Below, in pieces: positions 1 to 7,511 of a stretch of 64,000 bases of DNA. Made by a program: the position numbers and the translations under genes. This DNA comes from a virus. Below the pieces are notes generated by a model. The model was given only the letters and a program-made list of their open reading frames with translations, was not told the DNA's origin and made no database searches. Location of the stretch: IMG/VR virus record IMGVR_UViG_3300032087_006189. One strand, 5' to 3'. Each line of letters starts with the position of its first letter. Position 1 is the first letter of the stretch.

Positions 1-2097
1 TTCGGCAAGAAGCTGTTCGGTCCGCTCACGATCTTCCGGGGCAGCTGATTTCAGGGCAATAGCGGCTGCCCGCTCTTCGTCGATACCGATATTTGTTGCG
101 CTGGCTGCGCCGAGGGGGCTCACAATAGAAAGTGCAGATTTTGCAGCGACATGCTTGAGCCTGCTGCTCGGATCTGCTTGAAACATTATCTGCCTCAGGG
201 CCCCAGAAATATCTGCGTCTGCAGCAGACTTACCAGAGCCTGCCGCAAAAACTGCGTTTGCTGCCGATGTACCGCGCACGCGAGACACCATGTCATCGGA
301 GACAGATGGAAGAGCCTGCCCAATCATCCCTCGCCGAGCAGCTTCCCCAATACCCATGGTCCTGCCAGAGCCGGCGCGACCCATCATGGCAGACATGACA
401 GCCTCATCAAGCGCCTCTTGAGTGGTCCCGATTGTCACGCGAGTACTTCCTTTCCCCAGCATAAACCTCTCGACATCTTGGCTGCTCTCTATGACCCCTC
501 GGTAGTACGAAGAAGCGGCGTCTGTGAGGGGATTGAAGGCATCGGAGATGGTTCCCCCAATACGCTGCGCGGCTCCTGACAGGGTCGCGTTTTCCCGAAG
601 TTCTGCTGCCCTCTGGCTTGCCAAGATCTCTTGTTTTAGCGCCGACAATCTTTGTCCACGGCCGCTCTTTAGTTCTTGCAGCTTACGAACTGCACGACGA
701 TCCATGTTGAACTGGGTCTCAGCAACCAGCTGGAAGAGGTCTTGATCTTCTCCGGCACCCTCTCCAAACATCTCTTCGGTGATCGATCGAACCATACCAA
801 ACAGAGCTTCCTGTCCCTGATCTGACTCGAGCATAGACTCCATGATGTCTTGGCGACGGGCCGTAAAGGATGCCTGGCCAATTCGGGAGCCACGCTTCCC
901 TCCCCCGATGTCCATCAGCTCGTTTCTAGACAGGTTGCCTTGCGCCATACGGCGCAGGATTCCTGCATCGATCTCTCCTGTGAACCTCCCAGACTTATCC
1001 GTTGCTCCTGCAGCGAGGAGCATTCCAGTTCCCAGTGCTCCTGACAATCCTCCCATCGTGCCAGCAAGAGTCTGTTGGGCCATCATCTGCGCAGCCTCAA
1101 GCGGGGTTGATGCCCCCGTCATGTCCATCATCTCTTCTGCGCTCATCTGACCAGTGCGGATGGCGTTCATAAACTCGGCGGTCTTTGCGGTGATCATCCC
1201 TGCACCGGCACGACCGGACATCTGAGCTCCGCGGGTCATCCCTGCGCCAGTTCTCTGCATCTGCGCAAACTGCTGAGAGCTCATGCCAAAGCCGCGCATT
1301 AGAGTCATGTTGGCGGTGTTGCCCATGACGTCCTGTGCGGAGTAAAAACCGGACCCCTTCATATCTTTGAAGATCTGCCCGGCTTCCTCCATTGAGGTGC
1401 CCAGAGAGCGAGCCATCTGGTGCATGGTCTTACCGAGCTCGGTCACCTTCTTTGCCAGCTTCTCGGCGTCCTGCACTCCCTGGTGCATCCCCATTTCGGT
1501 GAATCGCTCTGTCGCGCGAAGCGCGTCGGACATCGAAACAAACGGGTTGTTCGCGTCGATAGCTCGCACACCACGCTGCAGCGTCATCAGATCGTTTTGG
1601 CTGAATCCTCGGCCAGTTGTTGGGTCTCCCGAAGCGTTGACAAACTGCATGTTGCCAAACATGTTTCCGACGGCATTCGCGTTTTGCACTCCCGTATTTG
1701 CAATACTCAGTCCAGCGCCTGCGGCCATAAGCCCAAGACCGATCGGCCCGCCGGCTAGGGCCATTGGGCTGGCCATGCCGAGAGAAGCTCCTGTACCTAA
1801 GGCGGTTGCTCCGGTAAGGACTCCCAAAGAGGTGGCTCCGCCGGCCCCAGCCGCACCACCACCAATTGCGGCAATACTAGGAAAAAACCCGGCGGCAATG
1901 CCCGCTCCAGAAGCAAGCATTCCCGCTGCACCCGACATTCCCGTCGCAAGGCCAAGACCGCCCGTTATCAACCGATTGCCAGCGTACGCCCCACCAGTAG
2001 CCTGGGCGTGGCCAGTCGGAGCGTAGCTGAAGGTGGGTGGGTAGTGCGATGAGCCCATATTGGGCTGCATCGGCATCATTCCGGGCTGCGGATACAT
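1..2097 (-). CDS. Tape-measure-like protein, N-terminal part (>699 aa, runs off the left edge)
   Basis: Manually translated open frame from ATG 2097 (MYPQPGMMPMQPNMG...) to position 1 with no stop. Gly/Ala/Met-rich helical sequence with hydrophobic Gly stretches. Same strand as the tail genes. Absent from the ORF track because it is truncated. Confidence 0.7.
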   Translation of the reverse strand, partial: MYPQPGMMPMQPNMGSSHYPPTFSYAPTGHAQATGGAYAGNRLITGGLGLATGMSGAAGMLASGAGIAAGFFPSIAAIGGGAAGAGGATSLGVLTGATALGTGASLGMASPMALAGGPIGLGLMAAGAGLSIANTGVQNANAVGNMFGNMQFVNASGDPTTGRGFSQNDLMTLQRGVRAIDANNPFVSMSDALRATERFTEMGMHQGVQDAEKLAKKVTELGKTMHQMARSLGTSMEEAGQIFKDMKGSGFYSAQDVMGNTANMTLMRGFGMSSQQFAQMQRTGAGMTRGAQMSGRAGAGMITAKTAEFMNAIRTGQMSAEEMMDMTGASTPLEAAQMMAQQTLAGTMGGLSGALGTGMLLAAGATDKSGRFTGEIDAGILRRMAQGNLSRNELMDIGGGKRGSRIGQASFTARRQDIMESMLESDQGQEALFGMVRSITEEMFGEGAGEDQDLFQLVAETQFNMDRRAVRKLQELKSGRGQRLSALKQEILASQRAAELRENATLSGAAQRIGGTISDAFNPLTDAASSYYRGVIESSQDVERFMLGKGSTRVTIGTTQEALDEAVMSAMMGRAGSGRTMGIGEAARRGMIGQALPSVSDDMVSRVRGTSAANAVFAAGSGKSAADADISGALRQIMFQADPSSRLKHVAAKSALSIVSPLGAASATNIGIDEERAAAIALKSAAPEDRERTEQLLAE

Positions 2098-2149
2098 CAA
2101 ATATCACCTGTTTGGCGGCATAATACCACTAACGGCACAAGGAGGTATC

Positions 2150-2539
2150 ATGCTGTTTTTGTTCACTGTGGGCACCGTTGTGGTTGCAGGATTGTCGGAG
2201 GCTAAAAAGGCCTGGGACGATGAGGCCAAGGAGCTTGAAGAGACTGCCGATCTTCGTGATCGGATCTTTCACCGAGGTGGCTGGGACGAGGTCGAGAATC
2301 CTGATTGTACATTTCTCGGACTTCAGCCACTGACCCTCTACAAGCTTCGCCATGGGTTCATGACTTTGTACGAGGTCCAGAAGCACGGAAAGCCCGAAGG
2401 CGCAGAAGAGATCACGCTGCTACTGACTGCGGATGAGATTCTGATTCTGCAGCAGCACGGCTTCGACAGCGAAGCTGGTCTCTTCGTTTTGGGCTCTGCG
2501 TACAAGATGGACGCAGAGAGGAGGGAGCACGCCGCTTGA
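2150..2539 (+). CDS. Hypothetical protein with N-terminal hydrophobic segment
   Basis: AAGGAGG RBS before ATG 2150; GCATAAT motif at ~2118; hairpin after the stop. Confidence 0.7.
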   Translation: MLFLFTVGTVVVAGLSEAKKAWDDEAKELEETADLRDRIFHRGGWDEVENPDCTFLGLQPLTLYKLRHGFMTLYEVQKHGKPEGAEEITLLLTADEILILQQHGFDSEAGLFVLGSAYKMDAERREHAA

Positions 2540-2562
2540 CGGCGTGCTCCCTTCGGGGAACC

Positions 2563-2760
2563 TCACGTTAGCCTGCACGGACCCATTGGATCGGGCTTGA
2601 GGTTCTCAGAGAACTTCCCAGTTTCTTTAGCCACAATAAATGACTTGATGATCGCGCGCTCGAACTTCGCCAGCGGCTCCGCACCCTGGCCGCGGAACCA
2701 CTTCTCGAAGGCATCAATCTGGGCATCCGCGCGAGCCAAAATTTCCTTTCTTTCGGTCAT
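2563..2760 (-). CDS. Hypothetical protein (MTERKEILARADAQIDAFEKW...)
   Basis: ORF with GGAG RBS; head-to-head with the ligase gene. Confidence 0.6.
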   Translation of the reverse strand: MTERKEILARADAQIDAFEKWFRGQGAEPLAKFERAIIKSFIVAKETGKFSENLKPDPMGPCRLT

Positions 2761-2779
2761 AACAACTCCGGAGGACAAC

Positions 2780-4078
2780 ATGGAATACCTGACACTCTAT
2801 AGCACTGCCCGTACTGGAGCAGTGCGCGTTTGGGAAATCGCTGTCGATGAGGACCGGGTAATCACCCGCTTCGGGCAGCTCGATGGAAAGATGCAGGAAG
2901 TCGTGGACTACGGCACTGCGAAGAATGTCGGGCGGAGCAATGAGATCTCCGCCGAAGAAGATGCAGAAAACATGGCGCGTCGCATGGCGCGTCAGAAGAT
3001 GTTGAAGGGCTACCGAAAGACCCTGGTTCAAGAATCTGACGGCTTCAATCCGTTCACGGAGGAGGGGCTGCCCAGTGAGCTGTCCTTCTACAAGCCACAG
3101 AACTCCATGAGCAAGAAGATGGAGAAGCTGGTTGAAGCGGAAGAGGCGTGGGCGCTCCGTAAGTACGATGGCGAAATGATGGTCATCGTGAAAGATCTGG
3201 ACGGAATCGTAGACATCTACAGCCGGCGCATGCTCAGACATCACCACAATGAGGAGGACACCGCTTGGCGAGTTCGATTCAACCACCTTGTGTGTGAGAT
3301 CGAAAACAATGAGCGCATCCCTTCGGGGACTGTTCTTCTCGGCGAGATGGTTGCCTCTCCTCAGGAAGACAGCCGCTGGTATGTCGCGAAGGTCTTGAAG
3401 AGCCTGACTGACCGGGCAATAGATCTGCAGGAGGAGCACGGGCGTCTGCACTTCATCTGCTGGGATGTGGCCTGGTCAGGCGGAGAGCAGTTGATCGGCA
3501 AAGAATCTGTCGGTGTCCGATTGGATTACTGCAGGCTGTACGCAGGAACCTATCTCCGAGCCCCAGAGATGTTCTTCACCGGACATCCCTTCGACAGCGT
3601 CGACGCTCTCCGAGATCTTGCAGCTCGCAAGGGATGGGAAGGCTTCGTTGTGATCGATCCAGAGGCTACCTACGGAGACAAGGCGTTCAATCTGCGCGGC
3701 AAGCCTGACCGTCCCGCGGGTGCCTGTAAGTTGAAGCCGTGCTTCGAGGACGACTTCATCGCCTACTTCGATCCTGAAGATGGGCACGGCAAGTACGGCC
3801 GCGGCAAGTACACGGGAAAGCTCGGTGCGGTCAGCCTGTACCAGCACACCTCACTCGGCGGGCTCCAGTACATCTGCGAATGCGGCAACGGGTTCACGAA
3901 GGAGTTCATCGAGAACAACTCTGACCCCTCGGACTGGCCGAAGGTGATCGAAGTCAAGTACGAAAGCCGGACGTACAAGGATGCCGATGGGCACGGTACG
4001 AACGCACTTCAGTTTCCGCGATTTGTCCGCGTTCGCGAGGACAAGGACCCGGACGAGTGCATCAACCCGGAGCTGTGA
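2780..4078 (+). CDS. lig: ATP-dependent DNA ligase with N-terminal WGR-like domain
   Basis: Motif I KYDG, EGFVV (IV), KLKP (V), C-terminal LQFPRFVRVREDK (VI); N-terminal VWEI...RFGQLDGK. GGAGG RBS before ATG 2780. Confidence 0.9.
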   Translation: MEYLTLYSTARTGAVRVWEIAVDEDRVITRFGQLDGKMQEVVDYGTAKNVGRSNEISAEEDAENMARRMARQKMLKGYRKTLVQESDGFNPFTEEGLPSELSFYKPQNSMSKKMEKLVEAEEAWALRKYDGEMMVIVKDLDGIVDIYSRRMLRHHHNEEDTAWRVRFNHLVCEIENNERIPSGTVLLGEMVASPQEDSRWYVAKVLKSLTDRAIDLQEEHGRLHFICWDVAWSGGEQLIGKESVGVRLDYCRLYAGTYLRAPEMFFTGHPFDSVDALRDLAARKGWEGFVVIDPEATYGDKAFNLRGKPDRPAGACKLKPCFEDDFIAYFDPEDGHGKYGRGKYTGKLGAVSLYQHTSLGGLQYICECGNGFTKEFIENNSDPSDWPKVIEVKYESRTYKDADGHGTNALQFPRFVRVREDKDPDECINPEL

Positions 4079-4080
4079 GT

Positions 4081-4112
4081 AAGGGGGCCTTTCGGGGCCC
4101 CCTTCTTTTAGC
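4081..4112 (+). terminator. Intrinsic terminator between convergent genes
   Basis: GGGGGCC-TTTCGG-GGCCCCC hairpin followed by TTCTTTTAGC. Confidence 0.8.
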
Positions 4113-4485
4113 CCCCAAAGATGAAAGCTTCCTTCGGGTGCCCCGCTTCTTCCTTCGCGGCCTCTGCGGCCTTGAACTCGATCTCCCGGAGTTCGGCCTG
4201 CTGTGCGCGCTCTTCTTCGGCCTGGGCACGGATGGTATCGATCTCCTGTGACCGGGCGTCGATTGCCTCATCTGTGAGGACATCGCCGTCCACCAGCAGG
4301 GAGCGGATGGACGCAAGCGTGGTGTCGTGTGACTCCACCGCCTGTCCTATCACGGCGTCGTTGTCGAACAGACGACGGACTTCCATGATGAGAAGATCAA
4401 TCCCTTCAGACTGAATCTTCTCCATCGTAGCGATTCTTTGCTCGAGCTCTTCTACTCTGGCTTCGAGTCTTTCAGTACGGGTCAT
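4108..4485 (-). CDS. Hypothetical coiled-coil protein
   Basis: 125-aa acidic helical ORF, translationally coupled to the upstream gene. Confidence 0.75.
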   Translation of the reverse strand: MTRTERLEARVEELEQRIATMEKIQSEGIDLLIMEVRRLFDNDAVIGQAVESHDTTLASIRSLLVDGDVLTDEAIDARSQEIDTIRAQAEEERAQQAELREIEFKAAEAAKEEAGHPKEAFIFGG

Positions 4486-4829
4486 CAGTCAATTTCCTCG
4501 CTAAGAATGGTACGGACTTCCTTCTCCATCTCGGCAACGCCGTCCTCCAGTTCCTCTACAATCTCCTCGATGAGATCGGTCGAAACTGGTGCGCCTTCGC
4601 ACGAGATCTGGGCCAAAGGCTCAGGAACCCCATCACGAGGCAAGAACCGCGTGCGGAGAATCTGAGCAAGGGTAGACTGCACTGCAGCCCGCCCCTTCAG
4701 CTCCTTCACCTCTGTAATCACGGACCCCACAGTCTTCGATGCTGCTGGCATGAAAAAACTCCTTTTTTCTGCCATAACACTATCGTGAAGAAACTGAGAA
4801 GTCTCCGGAGAAATCGAGGAAGTACTCAC
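4485..4829 (-). CDS. Hypothetical protein
   Basis: 114-aa ORF in the minus-strand run; start uncertain. Confidence 0.65.
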   Translation of the reverse strand: MSTSSISPETSQFLHDSVMAEKRSFFMPAASKTVGSVITEVKELKGRAAVQSTLAQILRTRFLPRDGVPEPLAQISCEGAPVSTDLIEEIVEELEDGVAEMEKEVRTILSEEID

Positions 4830-4891
4830 CGCACCCAGGGCGTACTGGACTGTCCGGGAAAGCTGGGTGTGCTTCTTTTGTTAAGTAATGC

Positions 4892-5443
4892 CTACCGACG
4901 TTTCCGCATGGCTGACAGGGACAGTCTAATGCTGTCCTTAATGTCTTCGGGTGAAAAGCCGGCACCGAGACCGGCAATCCCGAGAGTCCTTCCTTTCCTA
5001 CCCTTGAGATTAGGTCTATTCTTCACCGCCCCCTTGATCCCGCTAATAGTTAGTTTACTGCCAAAACCAGGTGTACTCTTCGGCGCTGCTGCGCCCTTCA
5101 CCCACTTCTGGTTGTCCTTGTCCTTGGTCTTCTTCGGGCTCCACTTGGCCTTGTCGGCCCAGTAGGCTGCGGACATCTTGCCTCGTGCGATGTTCTTTCG
5201 GTGACGGGACTTGAAGGCTTCGCGCTGACCGGCAGTCTGGTTCGTCTTGACGCCCTGCTGCCCGAAGCGGATGGTCTTCACCCGATCCCCCTCTTTAGCC
5301 ACCACAATGTGCGACTTCGTGGGGTGTCCGGGGGTGCGCTTCACCTGGTTGTATCCAGAGACCCCTGCTCGAGCGAGGCGAGGATCTTTGGACTGGGCGG
5401 CTTCTTTTTCCATCAAGAACTGCCGAAGAGCTTTGTAGTTCAT
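4892..5443 (-). CDS. Basic putative virion cargo protein (MEKEAA leader + conserved small phage domain)
   Basis: RLARAGVSGYN...IRFGQQG...FKSRH...SAAYWADKAKW resembles a widespread small phage protein; bounded by KEAA and KGAA. Confidence 0.75.
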   Translation of the reverse strand: MNYKALRQFLMEKEAAQSKDPRLARAGVSGYNQVKRTPGHPTKSHIVVAKEGDRVKTIRFGQQGVKTNQTAGQREAFKSRHRKNIARGKMSAAYWADKAKWSPKKTKDKDNQKWVKGAAAPKSTPGFGSKLTISGIKGAVKNRPNLKGRKGRTLGIAGLGAGFSPEDIKDSIRLSLSAMRKRR

Positions 5444-7005
5444 TTCTTCGCCTTCAAGCTGGTGCCCTTGGCAAGCCCGTGGGAGCTGTACTGCTGGCCC
5501 TTGCGCGTTGCCTCTGACTTCTTTCGAGACGCGGCAGCAAGGCTCTTGCGTCCAGATTCGGTTTTCTTGAGTCTATCAGCCTTTCTTTCTGGGAGGTAGA
5601 CCCCTTTACCCCCCGGACCTGGCTTGTCTCCACCCGACCAGTTCCACTTTTGCTTGGTCCACTTCTTCAGCGAGTTGTTCTTCGAAGTGGGCTTGGCGCC
5701 GGAGTAGCCGCCGCCCTTCTTCTTGTAGATCTGAGTCGCCAGCTGCATTGCGCGAGCAGAGTGCTTGCCGCCCATCTTGTTCTTGGCTTCGCGCTTCGCG
5801 GCTTCCCACTTGACTGGGTCGGTCTTGGTGGCGGTCGCAGCAGCCTCTTTGCCAATTCCATAATGGGAAGGAGGATGTACGGACCACTGTCGATAGTCGG
5901 GCATAGAGCGACCGCTTTCCAGTTTGACTGTAGGCAGGGCCTTCATGGTCTTCAGGGTCTCTCTTCGATACTTTCTTTTTTGCTGACTTGTCAGGCCCTT
6001 ATTGTGGGAAAGGAACTCTTGGTTCTTCTTTCTGCCGGTGTCGAAGATGTCGTTGAACGCCGCAGACTCTTTGATCAAGTCTCCATCGGGGTGCTTGCGA
6101 ACCTTGCCGGAGGCGATCAACGACTTGATTGCGGACTGCAAATCGTCTTCCTTGACTCGCTTTTTGAGTGCGCCCATCCCTGCTGCGCCACCCTCAACAC
6201 TGAGCGCCTTCAGGACTTGCGACTCGGTGGAGGCTGCCTGCTTTCGCATGCGGAGCTTCTTCTTGATGATGCCGGCTTGGATCTTGTCTGGAAGCTGAGA
6301 CTGCTTGCCCTTGAGCGCAGGGTGCTTGTCCATGGACTTTGAGAAGGTTGCCGCAGATTCTTTGTCCATGAGCTCGTCCACGGGGCGGAAGAGGTAATCT
6401 TCTGCCATATCTCGTGAAAGCTGTTTCATTAGGGCGGGGTTTGCGAGTCTTCGCTTCTGGGCTGCCAAAGCCCTTTGATGCATCTGCTCGCCCCGCTCTC
6501 CACGCAGATCTTTATTCACCTTGTGCCCAGTAATGGCCCCCAGAAGTGCTCCAGCAGATCCAGTGACTGCCGGTGCATACCGCATCTTAGGGATGTACGA
6601 CAGGGGGTACCCGAGACCGACCCCAAGAAGCCCTCCTCCAAGGATTCCAAGAGGCACCATACTGGGTGCGTGCTTTGGGTGCGTAGGATCTTTCAGTAGT
6701 CCCGCATGGATCTCTCTGGCAAGCTCATTTGGGTCATCCGTGATGTGATCCTCTGCGATCCTGCCAGCTGCGTGGATGTCGTCGTCCTCATACTGAGACC
6801 AGTCTGCCGCCATCTTCTCTTCGTACTCACCGGGGTACGCAGTTCCCAGCGCACTGCCGAGCCCGCTGTAGGCGTTGTAGATCTTGTACTCGGCCCACGA
6901 CGGAATCTGGAGCCCAGAGTCGATCTTGTCCTTGAGGTGCAGAGCTTGAGCAGCCATGCGCTCAAGAACCTTGCTCAGCATATGAGAGTCGTCGTACTCG
7001 CTCAT
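5440..7005 (-). CDS. Multi-module polyprotein (about six modules; C-terminal DUF5872-like)
   Basis: Start reassigned to ATG 7005 (ATGA overlap with upstream stop). Linkers EKMAA, KESAA, KQAAS, KESAA, KEAAA. Glycine-zipper segment. C-terminal YKKKGGGY...SLKKWTKQKW...YLP. Confidence 0.75.
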   Translation of the reverse strand: MSEYDDSHMLSKVLERMAAQALHLKDKIDSGLQIPSWAEYKIYNAYSGLGSALGTAYPGEYEEKMAADWSQYEDDDIHAAGRIAEDHITDDPNELAREIHAGLLKDPTHPKHAPSMVPLGILGGGLLGVGLGYPLSYIPKMRYAPAVTGSAGALLGAITGHKVNKDLRGERGEQMHQRALAAQKRRLANPALMKQLSRDMAEDYLFRPVDELMDKESAATFSKSMDKHPALKGKQSQLPDKIQAGIIKKKLRMRKQAASTESQVLKALSVEGGAAGMGALKKRVKEDDLQSAIKSLIASGKVRKHPDGDLIKESAAFNDIFDTGRKKNQEFLSHNKGLTSQQKRKYRRETLKTMKALPTVKLESGRSMPDYRQWSVHPPSHYGIGKEAAATATKTDPVKWEAAKREAKNKMGGKHSARAMQLATQIYKKKGGGYSGAKPTSKNNSLKKWTKQKWNWSGGDKPGPGGKGVYLPERKADRLKKTESGRKSLAAASRKKSEATRKGQQYSSHGLAKGTSLKAKK

Positions 7006-7511
7006 TTCTTTTCCCAGTCGAGGGACACGGAGTCCTTGGTAATGGGGCCACCGGATGCCCAAGTATAGCAAGTACGGGCAGAATGGCACTTGAAGTGATG
7101 CATGTGGCAATAGCCGAGGTATCCGTCCTCTTGGACCATGCCGGGCATGCAGTCCTGCATTCGCGGAGAGATGTCGAAAGCCACGCAGTTCGAGCACTTC
7201 GACTTCTTGGCCACGGCAGGAGTCGTCTTCCAATGCGCGGCCAAGCGCCTCCAGTACCCTTGATCGGATAGATTCAGGGGTCCGTATTGGATGTGGTCAG
7301 CTTGGATCGACTTGTTGCGGTTCTTCGTATTGACCTTGAGATCGCGGGTCGCAAGCGGGCACGCTGCAGCCTCTTTCGATCCACCGAGGTGGTAGCCACA
7401 GTTCGAGCACTTCTCCGCACCAGCATGGTTCATGTGCCCGCACTTGGGACACTTGATCTTGCCGGCCGAGAGCTTGATCAGCTCAAGTGTGAATCCTGGG
7501 AGAAGTCTCAT
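7002..7511 (-). CDS. Zn-ribbon + Cys-rich module protein with KxA linkers
   Basis: FTLELIKLSA leader, CPKC..CSNC ribbon, KEAAA linker, then CPLAT...CSNCVAFD...GYCHMHHFKCHSARTC. Confidence 0.75.
   Translation of the reverse strand: MRLLPGFTLELIKLSAGKIKCPKCGHMNHAGAEKCSNCGYHLGGSKEAAACPLATRDLKVNTKNRNKSIQADHIQYGPLNLSDQGYWRRLAAHWKTTPAVAKKSKCSNCVAFDISPRMQDCMPGMVQEDGYLGYCHMHHFKCHSARTCYTWASGGPITKDSVSLDWEKK

Noticed and set aside
151-2026. Plus-strand ORFs at the window start
   Set aside because: Antisense shadows of the long minus-strand tape-measure-like frame.
7006-7233. ORF-track upstream extensions (e.g. starts at 7233, 10231, 2597, 22375, 22730, 44300)
   Set aside because: They overlap neighbouring real genes; downstream starts have an RBS or start/stop coupling and match domain starts.
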